Below, piece by piece: positions 34,670 to 46,354 of a stretch of DNA of 64,000 nt; the first letter of the stretch is position 1; every line of letters starts with the position of its first letter. Location of the stretch: NCBI GenBank assembly GCA_902570155.1, contig CACFXU010000006.1, positions 7,215-71,214 of the forward strand, read 5' to 3'. The translations under genes and the position numbers were made by a program. The notes below the pieces were generated by a model. The model saw nothing but the letters and a program-made list of their open reading frames with translations, did no database searches and had not been told where the DNA came from. Source of the DNA: an uncultured Alphaproteobacteria bacterium. Its GTDB lineage: Bacteria > Pseudomonadota > Alphaproteobacteria > HIMB59 > GCA-002718135.

Positions 34670-35473
34670 TTAAAAATCTATTTTTTTGTTATTTTCAGCT
34701 GCATAATTAATAATAAATTGCCATGCTGATCTACCAGTTCTATTACCTCTTTGTAAACTCCATTTAATTGCTTCTTTTTCAGTCTTTTCATTAAAAGGAA
34801 GTTTAAATTTTTCACAATACTTAAAAATTATTTTAACAAAATCATTTTGAGAAATATTATGAAAGCCAATCCATAGACCAAAACGATCACTCAAACTTAT
34901 TTTTTCTTCAACACTCTCATCCGTATGAATTGCAGATGACCTTTCATTTTCTATCATATCTCTTGGCATTAAATGTCTTCTATTAGAAGTTACATAAAGA
35001 ACAATATTTTTAGGCTGATTTTGTATACTCCCATCTAATGTTGATTTAATTATTTTGTAATCACTGTCTATTTTTTCAAATGATAAATCATCAATAAAAA
35101 TTATAAAATTATAATTCTTTAAATTTGCATATTTTTCATAAATAATTTCAATATCAAAAATATTATTTTTATTTAATTGTATTAATTTTAAATTCTTATT
35201 TTTTTTATTTATTTCATTAAAAACTGCTTTAATTAGGGAGCTTTTACCATTACCCCTAGATCCCCATAGCAAGGCATTATTTGTAAAATTTCCTTGAGCA
35301 AAATTTATCGTATTATCATAAATAGTTTTCTTCTGTCTTTCTATTCCAATTAAAAGATCAAGATTTATAAATCTAAAATATGTGATTTTTTTAAGATTTT
35401 TTATTTTACTATCCCAAATAAATGCATTTCCTCTTGTGAGTGTAAGATTTGATAAAAAATTGCTTAAAAACAT
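34670..35473 (-). CDS. DUF815/COG2607 AAA-type ATPase
   Basis: 267 aa. Walker A LWGSRGNGKSS and Walker B FIIFIDDLSF. Confidence 0.7.
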   Translation of the reverse strand: MFLSNFLSNLTLTRGNAFIWDSKIKNLKKITYFRFINLDLLIGIERQKKTIYDNTINFAQGNFTNNALLWGSRGNGKSSLIKAVFNEINKKNKNLKLIQLNKNNIFDIEIIYEKYANLKNYNFIIFIDDLSFEKIDSDYKIIKSTLDGSIQNQPKNIVLYVTSNRRHLMPRDMIENERSSAIHTDESVEEKISLSDRFGLWIGFHNISQNDFVKIIFKYCEKFKLPFNEKTEKEAIKWSLQRGNRTGRSAWQFIINYAAENNKKIDF

Positions 35474-35548
35474 TATAAATACTTTATTTGATTTTTCTTA
35501 TTACACAGTATAATAAATCTCTCAAATTAAATCATCATAGGCACAATT

Positions 35549-35890
35549 ATGGAAGCATTTGGAACATTTTTACCACTTATATTAATATTTGTAGTTTTTT
35601 ATTTTTTATTAATTAGACCACAACAAAGAAAAGTTAAACAGCATAAAGAAATGCTATCCAATCTCAAAAGAGGTGATAAAATAGTAACTTCAGGTGGAAT
35701 TATAGGAACTATAAATAAGGTAGCTGATAATAGGGAATTAACCTTAGAGGTTGCTGAAAATGTTGAAATAAAAATCGCATCTGGAATGGTTGCAGATTTA
35801 TATGCAATGCCAGAAGTTCAAAAGAAAGAACCACCAAAAGAAGAGATTAAAAGTAAATCTGGCTTCTCTTTATTTTCTAGAAAAAAATAA
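35549..35890 (+). CDS. yajC: Preprotein translocase subunit YajC
   Basis: 113 aa. FYFLLIRPQQRK...LKRGDKIVTSGGIIGTI. Confidence 0.9.
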   Translation: MEAFGTFLPLILIFVVFYFLLIRPQQRKVKQHKEMLSNLKRGDKIVTSGGIIGTINKVADNRELTLEVAENVEIKIASGMVADLYAMPEVQKKEPPKEEIKSKSGFSLFSRKK

Positions 35891-35902
35891 ATTTTTTTAT
35901 TA

Positions 35903-37453
35903 ATGAAAAATTATCCCATCTGGAAATCATTTACAGTAATATCATTAGTCTTATTAGGAATAATTTTTGCAATTCCTTCAATTATTTATGATGAAAATTC
36001 AGAAAATTGGTTTTTAAAAAATAAGATTAATTTAGGTTTAGACTTACAAGGTGGATCATATTTATTATTAGAAGTTCAACTAGATGTTTTATATAAAGAA
36101 GAATTAGATAATTTTGTCGATAGTGTTCGTTTGATTTCTAGAGATCAAGGTATAAAAATTGACAAAATTGATATTCAAGAAAATGAGGTTGTTGTTTTTT
36201 TTGGCAATAAAGAGAAGATAAAAGATTTTAGAGATAGTTTTTTTCAAATGTACAGAGGGGTTACTTTACAAATTAATAACAATAAACTCATTATAAAGTT
36301 AAATGATGAATACAGAAAAATTATTCAAGACTCAGCAATTAAGCAATCACTTGAAATTGTTAGAAAAAGAATTGATGAATCTGGAACTAAAGAACCTCTA
36401 ATCCAAAGATCTGGTAAAAAGAGAATACTTTTACAATTACCAGGTGTAAAAGACCCAGAAAGAATTAAAGATTTATTAGGTAAAACAGCCAAACTTACTT
36501 TTCACATTGTTGATAATGATAATACTTCTGCTCTTCAAAATAACCTAGCTCCTTTTGGAAAAATTATTGTTCCAGACATGTATGATGAAAATACAAAATA
36601 TCTATTAGATAAAAGAGCAGTTGTTGGTGGTGAAAATTTAGTAGATGCCAAAGGTTCTTTTGATCAAACAGAAGGTCATGCAGTATCATTCCGTTTTGAT
36701 ACAGAAGGTGCACAAAAATTTGGTAAAGTCACCACAAACAATATTGGGAAAAATCTTGCAGTTGTATTAGATGGTGTAGTCATCACAGCCCCTAGAATTA
36801 GTAGTGCTATTACAGGAGGCTCAGGTATTATAACTGGTAATTTTAATGCTCAAGAAGCATCTGATTTAGCAGTTTTATTAAGAGCTGGTGCTTTACCTGC
36901 GCCTTTAGAAATAGTTGAAGAAAGATCAGTAGGCGCTGGTTTAGGAGCAGACTCAATAGCTGCAGGTCAAATAGCTGCTATCATTGGTATGGTCTTAGTG
37001 TGTGTATTTATGATACTCATCTATGGAACATTTGGCGGTCTTGCTAACGTTTCGTTAATAGTAAATTTATTTATAATTATTTCATTATTAGGAACAATTG
37101 GAGCAACATTGACGTTACCTGGAATAGCCGGAATAGTATTAACAATTGGAATGGCAGTAGACGCAAATGTTCTAATTTTTGAAAGAATTAAAGAAGAAAG
37201 TCTAAAACAAACAAAAGTTTTTCAGATTGTAAAAAATGGTTTCGACAGAGCCATGTCAACTATACTTGATGCCAATATTACAACTCTTATTGCTGCCGTG
37301 TTACTATTTGCATTTGGCTCTGGCCCAATAAGAGGTTTTTCAATTACACTATCTTTAGGTGTAATAGCATCAATGTTCACAGCTTTAATGCTTACAAATT
37401 TTTTAGTATATATGTACTTATCATTTGCAAATAAAAAGGAATTAAAACTATAA
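35903..37453 (+). CDS. secD: Protein translocase subunit SecD
   Basis: 516 aa. LGLDLQGG start, periplasmic domain and a C-terminal 6-TM block (DANVLIFERIKEE). Confidence 0.95.
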   Translation: MKNYPIWKSFTVISLVLLGIIFAIPSIIYDENSENWFLKNKINLGLDLQGGSYLLLEVQLDVLYKEELDNFVDSVRLISRDQGIKIDKIDIQENEVVVFFGNKEKIKDFRDSFFQMYRGVTLQINNNKLIIKLNDEYRKIIQDSAIKQSLEIVRKRIDESGTKEPLIQRSGKKRILLQLPGVKDPERIKDLLGKTAKLTFHIVDNDNTSALQNNLAPFGKIIVPDMYDENTKYLLDKRAVVGGENLVDAKGSFDQTEGHAVSFRFDTEGAQKFGKVTTNNIGKNLAVVLDGVVITAPRISSAITGGSGIITGNFNAQEASDLAVLLRAGALPAPLEIVEERSVGAGLGADSIAAGQIAAIIGMVLVCVFMILIYGTFGGLANVSLIVNLFIIISLLGTIGATLTLPGIAGIVLTIGMAVDANVLIFERIKEESLKQTKVFQIVKNGFDRAMSTILDANITTLIAAVLLFAFGSGPIRGFSITLSLGVIASMFTALMLTNFLVYMYLSFANKKELKL

Positions 37454-38352
37454 TGTTTGGTTTAAATAAAATTATTCCTGTTGAGCCTAATATTAATTTT
37501 TTAGGTTTAAGAAGAAATTTTTTAATTTTTTCTATTTTAGCAATGCTAATTTCAATTATTTTATTAAGTATAAAAGGTTTAAATCTAGGTATTGATTTTA
37601 AAGGAGGTACTTTAATAGAGGTTAGTACAAAAAATACTTCAATTGGAGAATTGAGAGAAATTTTATCTTCTTCTTATAGTGATGTATCTTTACAAGAATT
37701 TGGTAATGAAAATATTATTTTGATTAGACTTCAAAATAAAAGTAATCAAGAAAGCATTGAAACTGTTAATTCTGTTAAAAATTTAATTCAAGATAAAGTT
37801 GTTGAATTTAGGAGATCTGAATTCGTAGGACCCACAATTAGTTCTGAGCTATTGTTTCGAGGTTTTCAAGCAGTCTCTTTTGCATTAATTGCTATTTTAA
37901 TTTACATTTGGTTGCGTTTTGAATGGCAATTTGGTTTTGGGGCAGTTGTAGCATTAACTCATGATGTATTATTTACTCTTGGATTGCTCTCTATTTTAAA
38001 TGTAGAATTTTCTCTAGCAACAATAGCTGCAATTCTAACAATTGCTGGTTATTCCATTAATGATACAGTTGTAATATTTGATAGAGTACGTGAAAATTTG
38101 AGAAAATATAAAAAGTTAGAGCTAGTAGATCTATTTAATTTATCAGTTAATAATACTTTATCCAGAACTATAATGACAAGTTTAACTACACTTCTTGCTT
38201 TAGTATCTTTATTTATTTTTGGAGGAGAGGTTATTAGGCCCTTCGCTTTAACAATGATTATAGGTGTAATAATTGGAACATATTCATCTGTTTTTATTGC
38301 GGTCCCAACTTTATTAATCTTTAAGTTTAGACCGCAAGATGAAGATGATTAA
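37453..38352 (+). CDS. secF: Protein translocase subunit SecF
   Basis: 299 aa. GIDFKGGT and SINDTVVIFDRVRE. Confidence 0.95.
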   Translation: MFGLNKIIPVEPNINFLGLRRNFLIFSILAMLISIILLSIKGLNLGIDFKGGTLIEVSTKNTSIGELREILSSSYSDVSLQEFGNENIILIRLQNKSNQESIETVNSVKNLIQDKVVEFRRSEFVGPTISSELLFRGFQAVSFALIAILIYIWLRFEWQFGFGAVVALTHDVLFTLGLLSILNVEFSLATIAAILTIAGYSINDTVVIFDRVRENLRKYKKLELVDLFNLSVNNTLSRTIMTSLTTLLALVSLFIFGGEVIRPFALTMIIGVIIGTYSSVFIAVPTLLIFKFRPQDEDD

Positions 38353-38945
38353 GCGTTATTTAAGTTTTCTGTAACTTTTTCCCAATTAACTAAATTATCA
38401 ATAAAAGCTTTTAAATAATCAGGTCTTCTGTTTCTATAATCAACATAATATGAGTGTTCCCATACATCACATCCAAGTAGAGGAGTGTGACCATATACGA
38501 TTGGGTTTTCTCCATTTGGTGTTTTAGTAATTTCTAATTTTCCATTATTTAGAACTAACCAACACCAACCTGATCCAAATTGACCAATACCTGCATTTAT
38601 AAAATCTTCTTTCATCTTCTCAACTGAACCAATGTCTGAATTTATTTTATTTTCGAGCTCAGAGGGAATTTTACCATTTGGATTATTTTTCATTACTTCC
38701 CAAAAATGAACATGATTGATATGTTGTGCCACATTGTTGAATACTGGAGCATTTTTTTGATAAGAGTTGATTACAATATCATTAACATTGTCATCTTCTA
38801 TATTTTGTTCTTTAATAAACTTATTTCCATTAGTAATGTAAGCCATGTGATGCTTATCATGATGCAACTCTAAAGTTTCAGCCGACATATACGGCATTAG
38901 AGCATCTTTACTGTAGGGTAGATCTGGTAACTCTAGATTTATCAT
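38349..38945 (-). CDS. sodB: Fe/Mn superoxide dismutase
   Basis: 198 aa. LPDLPY, HHDKHH and DVWEHSYY. Confidence 0.95.
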   Translation of the reverse strand: MINLELPDLPYSKDALMPYMSAETLELHHDKHHMAYITNGNKFIKEQNIEDDNVNDIVINSYQKNAPVFNNVAQHINHVHFWEVMKNNPNGKIPSELENKINSDIGSVEKMKEDFINAGIGQFGSGWCWLVLNNGKLEITKTPNGENPIVYGHTPLLGCDVWEHSYYVDYRNRRPDYLKAFIDNLVNWEKVTENLNNA

Positions 38946-38960
38946 TTTATTTCCTTTGAT

Positions 38961-41765
38961 TTATAAAATTTTCTTTAAAAATTTACCTGTATAGCTTTTT
39001 TTATTATTTGCAATATCTTCAGGTGTTCCTGTTCCAACAATTTGACCACCATTAACACCTCCCAGAGGACCAAGATCAATTATATGATCAGCTGTTTTAA
39101 TAACATCAAGATTGTGCTCAATAACGATTACAGTGTTTCCTTCATCAACAAGCGTATGAAGAATTTTAAGTAATTTTTTAACATCATCAAAATGAAGACC
39201 AGTTGTTGGCTCATCAAGAATATATAATGTTTTTCCTGTAGATCTTTTTGATAATTCTTTTGATAATTTTATTCTTTGAGCCTCGCCACCAGATAAAGTA
39301 GTAGCTGATTGACCTATTTTTATATAATCTAATCCAACATCCATTAGGGTTTGTAATTTTTGCTTTATTGCCGGAATTTTATCGAAAAATTTATAACCCT
39401 CCTCAACAGTCATTTCTAAAACATCTGAAATCGATTTATCTTTATATTTTACTTCTAAAGTTTCTCTATTATACCTCTTCCCTTTGCAAATATCACACTC
39501 GACATAAACATCAGCTAAAAAATGCATTTCTATTTTTTTTACTCCATCGCCCTCGCATGATTCACATCTTCCACCCTTAACGTTAAATGAAAAACGACCT
39601 GGTTTATAACCCCTAGCACTAGATTCATTTAAGTTTGCAAACCAATCTCTAATAGGAGTAAAACATCCTGTATATGTTGCTGGGTTTGATCTTGGTGTTC
39701 TTCCAATTGGAGATTGATCAATATCAATTACTTTATCGATATGATTGATACCTTTAAAGTTAAAACGACTTTCATCTTTATTTAAAGATTTATTGAAATA
39801 GTCATCTAACCTTTGATACAATGTATCAATAATTAACGAAGATTTACCACTTCCAGATACACCTGTCACAGTAATAAAATTACCTAAAGGTAAAGTGATA
39901 TTAAGATTATCTAAGTTGTTTGTTTTTATTTTATTAAGTTTAAAAACTTTATTTTTATTAAATTTTCTTCTATTTTTTGGAACTTCTATTTCTAAGGATT
40001 TATTCAAATATTTTGCTGTCAAACTTTTATTGTTTTTTAGTATTTTTTTAAGTCCTCCCTCAGCAATTATGTGACCTCCATTAACGCCAGCCTTAACACC
40101 TATATCAATTATATGATCAGATTGTCTAATTGCATCCTCATCATGCTCAACAACAATTACTGTATTACCTAAATCTCTTAATCTAAATAAAGTTTCAATT
40201 AGTTGTTGATTATCTTTTTGATGTAGCCCAATAGAGGGTTCGTCTAAAACATACAAAACTCCTGTTAACCCAGAACCAATTTGACTTGCCAATCTAATTC
40301 TTTGACTTTCACCTCCAGATAAAGTTTTACTAGCCCTTGCTAATGATAAATAATCTAGGCCAACTCTATTTAAAAAAACTAATCTATCTTTTATTTCTTT
40401 AATTACTCCCTCAGCAATTTTTTTATTATTTTTATCAAGTTTACTATCAAGTGATGAAAACCAGTCTAGGCACTCACTAATTGATTTTTTAGTAATATTA
40501 CCAATATGATTTTCATCAATTCTTACAGCTAAAGCTTTCTCATTAAGACGGTAACCATTACAAACTTCACAGTCTCTTTCAGATAAATATTTTTCTAATT
40601 CATACTGAAGCCACCATCTCTCAGTTTCCTCATATTTTCGATCAATAAAGTTTATTATTCCTTCAAAATCATATAAAAAATTTAATTCGCCATTTTCATC
40701 TCCATAAAGAATAATATTCTTTACCTTTTTTGGAATTTTACTCCATGGATCATTTTTTTTTACTTTAAATTGCTTTAAAATTTTATCTATTGTTTCAACA
40801 AAATATTTTTTTTGATAACCAAATACTTTAGTTTCCCATGGTTTAATAGCTCCATCAGAAATTGATCTAGTCTCATCGGGTACAATTTTATATTCATCAA
40901 AATATTTTTCGACCCCTAGTCCATCACATTCAGAACATGCACCCTGCGGTGCATTAAAACTAAATAATCTAGGCTCAATCTCTTCAATACTAAATCCAGA
41001 AACAGGACATGCAAATTTTGATGAAAATATCGATATTTTATTCGTATCTAGATTTTCTAAATATAACAAACCATCAGAGAGTGTTAACGCAACTTCTATA
41101 CTTTCACTCAATCTTTGTCGGATATTTTTTTTTACAACAAGTCGATCAATAACAACATCAATATTGTGTTTAAAATTCTTTTTAAGTGAAGGCACTTCAT
41201 CAATATCATAGACAACATTATCTACTTTAAGTCTTTGATAACCTCTTTTTTTTAAATCTTCGATTTCTTTTCGATATTCACCTTTTCTATCTCTAACTAT
41301 TGGAGATAAAATATAAATTCTTTTATCAATATTATTTTTAATTATAAGATCAGTCATTTCACTTACTGATTGTGATTTAATTGGCTTGCCTGTTGTTGGA
41401 GAGTAGGGAACTCCGACTCTAGCATAAAGAACTCTTAAGTAGTCATAAATTTCAGTAACGGTTCCAACTGTACTACGAGGATTTTTTTGTGTTGTTTTTT
41501 GTTCAATAGAAATAGCAGGTGATAAACCGTCAATACTATCTACATCAGGCTTGTTCATCATTTGGAGAAATTGTCTTGCATATGCTGATAGACTCTCAAC
41601 ATATTTTCTTTGTCCCTCAGAATAAATTGTATCAAATGCTAAAGTTGATTTGCCTGATCCACTTACTCCTGTAATTACAACAAGTTTATTTTTTGGTATT
41701 TCTAAGTTGATATTTTTAAGATTGTGCTCTCTTGCACCTTTTATAACAATTTTATCTAAATTCAT
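38961..41765 (-). CDS. uvrA: Excinuclease ABC subunit A
   Basis: 934 aa. Two ABC modules (GVSGSGKS twice, LSGGE twice) and zinc-finger CxxC pairs. Confidence 0.97.
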   Translation of the reverse strand: MNLDKIVIKGAREHNLKNINLEIPKNKLVVITGVSGSGKSTLAFDTIYSEGQRKYVESLSAYARQFLQMMNKPDVDSIDGLSPAISIEQKTTQKNPRSTVGTVTEIYDYLRVLYARVGVPYSPTTGKPIKSQSVSEMTDLIIKNNIDKRIYILSPIVRDRKGEYRKEIEDLKKRGYQRLKVDNVVYDIDEVPSLKKNFKHNIDVVIDRLVVKKNIRQRLSESIEVALTLSDGLLYLENLDTNKISIFSSKFACPVSGFSIEEIEPRLFSFNAPQGACSECDGLGVEKYFDEYKIVPDETRSISDGAIKPWETKVFGYQKKYFVETIDKILKQFKVKKNDPWSKIPKKVKNIILYGDENGELNFLYDFEGIINFIDRKYEETERWWLQYELEKYLSERDCEVCNGYRLNEKALAVRIDENHIGNITKKSISECLDWFSSLDSKLDKNNKKIAEGVIKEIKDRLVFLNRVGLDYLSLARASKTLSGGESQRIRLASQIGSGLTGVLYVLDEPSIGLHQKDNQQLIETLFRLRDLGNTVIVVEHDEDAIRQSDHIIDIGVKAGVNGGHIIAEGGLKKILKNNKSLTAKYLNKSLEIEVPKNRRKFNKNKVFKLNKIKTNNLDNLNITLPLGNFITVTGVSGSGKSSLIIDTLYQRLDDYFNKSLNKDESRFNFKGINHIDKVIDIDQSPIGRTPRSNPATYTGCFTPIRDWFANLNESSARGYKPGRFSFNVKGGRCESCEGDGVKKIEMHFLADVYVECDICKGKRYNRETLEVKYKDKSISDVLEMTVEEGYKFFDKIPAIKQKLQTLMDVGLDYIKIGQSATTLSGGEAQRIKLSKELSKRSTGKTLYILDEPTTGLHFDDVKKLLKILHTLVDEGNTVIVIEHNLDVIKTADHIIDLGPLGGVNGGQIVGTGTPEDIANNKKSYTGKFLKKIL

Positions 41766-41822
41766 GAATATTAGTGTTATTTAATAACGTTAATATGTTA
41801 TATGGATATATATAGAAATATT

Positions 41823-42296
41823 ATGGTTGGTAGTGTTAATAAAACAATTTTACTAGGAAACTTGGGAAGAGATCCTGAAATTCGCTCTATGCAATCAGGG
41901 GCTAAAATGGCATCATTTTCAATAGCAACTTCAAAGAGATGGAAAGATAGGAATACTCAAGAACAAAAAGAAAAAACATCTTGGCATAACATTGTTGTTT
42001 TTGGAGATGGCCTTGTTGATATAGTAGAAAAATATGTAAAAAAGGGCTCTAAAATTTATGTTGAAGGAGAGCTTCAAACAAGGAAATGGCAAGATAAAGA
42101 TGGTAATGATAGATATACCACAGAGGTCATTTTACAGGGCTATAATTGTAATTTAACTCTTTTAGACAGTAGAAATAATAATTCTCAGGTATCTGATAAT
42201 TCTCAAGAAATGGATCAATCTAAGCAAATTGAAGACAATTCTTTTGGAAATCAATCAAGTGATTCTGATGATTTAGATGAAGATATCCCTTTTTAA
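41823..42296 (+). CDS. ssb: Single-stranded DNA-binding protein
   Basis: MVGSVNKTILLGNLGRDPE OB-fold start and an acidic tail ending DEDIPF. The track ORF begins 21 nt earlier, at 41802. Confidence 0.9.
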   Translation: MVGSVNKTILLGNLGRDPEIRSMQSGAKMASFSIATSKRWKDRNTQEQKEKTSWHNIVVFGDGLVDIVEKYVKKGSKIYVEGELQTRKWQDKDGNDRYTTEVILQGYNCNLTLLDSRNNNSQVSDNSQEMDQSKQIEDNSFGNQSSDSDDLDEDIPF

Positions 42297-42437
42297 TTTT
42301 TTACATTAGATAATTATATTTAATTACTGAAAAATATAGTTTTTTAAATATTATTTAATCATTTATTTATATTGGTTTAAATTGTGCTTTTTGATATAAA
42401 AAATTCTTAATTTTCTTGGAAAACTTGGATTTTTTTA

Positions 42438-45116
42438 GTGCCTGACGATATAAATACATCAAATAACGAAAATCAAGAGCCTGCTAATATACCTTCAGTA
42501 AGTTTAGAGCAAGAAATGCAAAAATCCTACCTGGATTATGCAATGTCTGTAATAGTTAGTAGAGCACTGCCAGACTGTAGAGATGGCTTAAAACCAGTTC
42601 ATAGAAGAATATTGTATTCTATGAGTGAGTCAGGTTACAATTTTAATAAACCATACAAAAAATCTGCAAGAATAGTTGGTGATGTTATGGGTAAATATCA
42701 TCCTCACGGAGACTCAGCTATTTATAACTCTATGGTAAGAATGGCACAAGATTTCTCTATGCGCTTAGAATTAATCGACGGTCAAGGGAATTTTGGATCT
42801 TTAGATGGCGATCCTCCTGCTGCAATGAGATACACAGAAGCTCGTCTTGCCAAAGTATCTGAGAGGTTAGTTGAAGATATTGATAAAAATACAATTACCT
42901 TTCAACCTAATTATGATGATACAACAAAAGAACCTTCAGTTCTGCCATCACAATTTCCAAATCTTTTAGTTAATGGTGCATCAGGAATTGCAGTTGGAAT
43001 GGCAACCAATATTGCTCCGCACAATTTAGGAGAAGTAATAGATGCATCGTTATTTCTTATTAAAAATCCAGATTGCAATATAAATGATCTTCAAAAATAT
43101 ATTTTTGGCCCTGATTTTCCAACTGGCGGACAAATAATTGGAAAAAAAGGCATAAACGAAGCATTTGAAACAGGAAAAGGTAGTTGTGTTGTAAGATCAA
43201 AGACTAGCATTGAAAATTTTAAAAAAGATCGAGAAGCAATAATTCTTCATGAGATTCCTTATCAGGTGAATAAATCTAAATTACTAGAAAGAATTGCTGA
43301 AATTGTAAAAAATGGAATTGTAGAAGGTATATCAGATTTAAGAGATGAGTCAGACAGAAATGGCGTTAGAGTAGTTATTGAATTAAAAAAAGATGTAGAT
43401 TCAAATATTATTCTCAATCAATTGTATAAACATACATTAATCCAAACAACATTTAATTCTAATATGCTTGCTTTAAATAAAGGTAAGCCGGAACAAATGA
43501 ATTTAAAAGAAATTTTATCTTCATTTTTAGATTTTAGAGAAGAAGTAATAATAAAAAGAACATTATTTGATCTTAATAAAGCTAGAGAAAAAGCTCATAT
43601 TTTAGTTGGATTGGTTGTTACTAATGAACATATTGATGAAATTATAGAATTAATAAAAAGTTCAAAAGATACGAAAGAAGCAAAAGAAAAATTAATTAAA
43701 AAGAAATGGAGAGTATCTAAACAAAATCTTAATTTTATTAAATCAGTTGAGGATGATACTGTAGAGTTAAAAAACAACACTTTCAATTTTTCTGACGCAC
43801 AGGCTAAAGCTATTTTAGAATTAAGGTTACAAAAATTAACTGCTTTAGAAAGAGAAGATATACAAAAAGATTTAGAAAGTTTAATTTTAGAAATTAAAAA
43901 TTACCTATCTATACTAAATTCTAGGGATATTCTTCTAAAGGAAATAGAAAATGAATTAGCTGAAATTAAAAAAGAATTTGCAACTGAAAGACGTAGTGAG
44001 ATTATTGATCAAGAATATGAGCAAGTAGATGATTTAAGATATATTCAACAAGAAGATATAGTTTTAACTATTTCTAATAATGGATACATTAAAAGATCAC
44101 TATTATCTAATTATCGTTCTCAAAATAGAGGAGGGAAAGGTAAAACTGGTATGTCAACAAGAGAAGAAGATTTTGTTAAAGAAATTCACTTTGCAGATAC
44201 TCATACTAAACTTTTAGTTTTTTCTTCATTAGGAAAGGTTTATTCTCTAAAATCTCATGATGTTCCTGAAGCTAGTTTAAAGGCAAGAGGTAAGCCTATC
44301 GTAAATTTATTGCCATTTAAAAATTCTGAAAAAATATCAACTTTTCTACCATTACCCCTAGATGAAAATCAGTGGGAAAAATTTTATGTTATTTTTACAA
44401 CTAAAAATGGAATGGTTAGAAAAAATAAATTAATTGATGTTGCTAAGAGTGGAAAAAGAGAATTGAGGGACTCAGGCAAAGTATCTATTAAGCTTGATGA
44501 AAAAGATGCATTAATTGGTGTTAAGCTTTGTACTGTAGATGATGATATTTTACTTTCTTCATCAAATGGAAAATGTTTACGTTTTCCAGTTGAAAAATTA
44601 AGATTATTTTCTGGTTTAAATTCTTCAGGTGTAAGGGGTATAAAATTAGATAAGGGCAATACAATCATTTCTTTAGCAATTTTAAAACATTCAGTGATTG
44701 ATATGAACATTCGTCAAGAATATTTAAGGGCAGCATCTGAAAGTAGAAAAGAAACTTCATCACTCAAAAATGGATTTGAAGAATTAAATAATAATGAGGA
44801 ATTTCTTTTAGCTATAACATCAAAAGGTTTTGGAAAAAGATCATCCGCCTATGAATATAGAATTTCAAATAGAGGAGGAAAAGGTATAACTGGTATAATT
44901 ACATCAGAAAGAAATGGTGAAGTTGTTGATTGTTTTGTTGTTAAGGACAACGATGAAATTATTCTTGTTAGTGACAAGGGTCAAATAATTAGAGTTAATG
45001 TAAACCAAATTAGAATAGCTGGAAGATCAACAAAAGGTGTAAGTATTTTTAAGATTCCTGAAAGTGATAGAATTGTTTCTGTTTCTAGAATACAAGAATT
45101 CGAAAATGATGAATAA
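42438..45116 (+). CDS. gyrA: DNA gyrase subunit A
   Basis: 892 aa. [24 protein letters not shown] (the active-site Tyr region) and a C-terminal beta-pinwheel with the GyrA box QNRGGKG. GTG start. Confidence 0.97.
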   Translation: MPDDINTSNNENQEPANIPSVSLEQEMQKSYLDYAMSVIVSRALPDCRDGLKPVHRRILYSMSESGYNFNKPYKKSARIVGDVMGKYHPHGDSAIYNSMVRMAQDFSMRLELIDGQGNFGSLDGDPPAAMRYTEARLAKVSERLVEDIDKNTITFQPNYDDTTKEPSVLPSQFPNLLVNGASGIAVGMATNIAPHNLGEVIDASLFLIKNPDCNINDLQKYIFGPDFPTGGQIIGKKGINEAFETGKGSCVVRSKTSIENFKKDREAIILHEIPYQVNKSKLLERIAEIVKNGIVEGISDLRDESDRNGVRVVIELKKDVDSNIILNQLYKHTLIQTTFNSNMLALNKGKPEQMNLKEILSSFLDFREEVIIKRTLFDLNKAREKAHILVGLVVTNEHIDEIIELIKSSKDTKEAKEKLIKKKWRVSKQNLNFIKSVEDDTVELKNNTFNFSDAQAKAILELRLQKLTALEREDIQKDLESLILEIKNYLSILNSRDILLKEIENELAEIKKEFATERRSEIIDQEYEQVDDLRYIQQEDIVLTISNNGYIKRSLLSNYRSQNRGGKGKTGMSTREEDFVKEIHFADTHTKLLVFSSLGKVYSLKSHDVPEASLKARGKPIVNLLPFKNSEKISTFLPLPLDENQWEKFYVIFTTKNGMVRKNKLIDVAKSGKRELRDSGKVSIKLDEKDALIGVKLCTVDDDILLSSSNGKCLRFPVEKLRLFSGLNSSGVRGIKLDKGNTIISLAILKHSVIDMNIRQEYLRAASESRKETSSLKNGFEELNNNEEFLLAITSKGFGKRSSAYEYRISNRGGKGITGIITSERNGEVVDCFVVKDNDEIILVSDKGQIIRVNVNQIRIAGRSTKGVSIFKIPESDRIVSVSRIQEFENDE

Positions 45117-45600
45117 AATTGGAGTATATCCGGGTACTTTTGATCCTATGACTGCAGGTCATATGGACATAATTAAAAGATCGTTAAGAATAGTAGATAA
45201 TTTAGTAATAGCTGTCGCTAATAATATTAACAAAGATTCATTATTTAGTGTTCAAGAAAGAATTAATATTATCAAAAGTGATATCAGTTCAGTAAGTGAG
45301 CTAAATTCAAAAATTAATGTTATGGAATTATCAGGATTACTTACAACTTTTGCTAAAGATCAAAATGCCACATGTATAATACGTGGTTTAAGAGCTGTAT
45401 CTGATTTTGAGTATGAATTCCAAATGACAGGTATGAACTACCAACTTAATCCTCATATTGAGACAATTTTTCTTATGACTTCAGAAAAAAACTCATTCAT
45501 TTCATCTAATTTTGTTAAAGAAGTCCACAAACTAGGTGGTGATGTTTCAAATTTTGTTTCTAAAAATACTTTAGAGCTGCTTAATAAAAAAAACTCTTAG
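45106..45600 (+). CDS. coaD: Phosphopantetheine adenylyltransferase
   Basis: [23 protein letters not shown] carries the T/HxGH motif. The start at ATG 45106 (or 45109) overlaps the gyrA stop. Confidence 0.9.
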   Translation: MMNKIGVYPGTFDPMTAGHMDIIKRSLRIVDNLVIAVANNINKDSLFSVQERINIIKSDISSVSELNSKINVMELSGLLTTFAKDQNATCIIRGLRAVSDFEYEFQMTGMNYQLNPHIETIFLMTSEKNSFISSNFVKEVHKLGGDVSNFVSKNTLELLNKKNS

Positions 45601-45650
45601 TTAATCACTTGCGCTTACAATATTTGAACTATATAGAATACAAATTCGAT

Positions 45651-45726
<76 letters not shown>

Positions 45727-45732
45727 TCCAAA

Positions 45733-45915
45733 ATGAAAAAAGCAAAAATTAAAAATATTGCATCAGGAATTGAAAAAAATTGTGATATTTTAAGAAAAAA
45801 TGATAGCATTCTTGAAGTAGTTCTTGAAGGAACAACAATAAAAATATTACTAAAAAAAAAGACTAATAAATATATCGGATATTTTAAAGAAATGGAATTT
45901 GAGTCTGATGGTTAA
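45733..45915 (+). CDS. Hypothetical 60-aa protein
   Basis: ORF only, lysine-rich, with no recognisable motif. It starts 7 nt after the tRNA. Confidence 0.35.
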   Translation: MKKAKIKNIASGIEKNCDILRKNDSILEVVLEGTTIKILLKKKTNKYIGYFKEMEFESDG

Positions 45916-46349
45916 TTTTTATTCCTAATATTTAATTCGTTTTCATAATCAATTTGTACTTGCTTTAAAATTTCTTTCTTTGTTTTTACTTTACCTTTAC
46001 CTACACCAGGGCAATTTTTAGCAATATCGTTATTCCAAGTTTTTGTATTCATATTTTCAGGCCAAAAAGGCCAAGTTCTACATTGTATTGGTCTCGACTT
46101 ATAAACAGTGCATTTGTTATCTTTTAAAAATATACAATTTCCATTATTTTTTTTAAGTTCCTTTAAGTGAATGAAACCATCAGTTTTTTTACAATAGTTT
46201 TTTACAAAGTTTTGTTCTGTTATTTTAAATCCATCTGACAATTTTTTAATATCTTTCTTACTTAAATAAACAAAACCATAGGTACCTCTTGAAACACAAC
46301 AATTTCCAGAACCCTGGCATTCAAATCTAATACCTTTTTCTATATCCAT
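45912..46349 (-). CDS. YkgJ-family (UPF0153) cysteine-cluster protein
   Basis: 145 aa. N-terminal CQGSGNCC and further CxxxC/C pairs typical of the family. Confidence 0.7.
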   Translation of the reverse strand: MDIEKGIRFECQGSGNCCVSRGTYGFVYLSKKDIKKLSDGFKITEQNFVKNYCKKTDGFIHLKELKKNNGNCIFLKDNKCTVYKSRPIQCRTWPFWPENMNTKTWNNDIAKNCPGVGKGKVKTKKEILKQVQIDYENELNIRNKN

Positions 46350-46354
46350 AACTA

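Noticed and set aside
35488-35514. A sigma-70-like promoter upstream of yajC: TTGATT at 35488-35493 and a perfect TATAAT at 35509-35514.
   Set aside because: The spacer is only 15 nt, which is suboptimal, and TATAAT-like hexamers are frequent in this composition. This is too weak to list as a feature without transcription start data.
42297-42437. The 141-nt AT-rich spacer upstream of gyrA as a possible structured RNA or small gene.
   Set aside because: I found no ORF with a plausible start, no GC-supported stems and no recognisable motif. It most likely just holds the gyrA promoter and leader.
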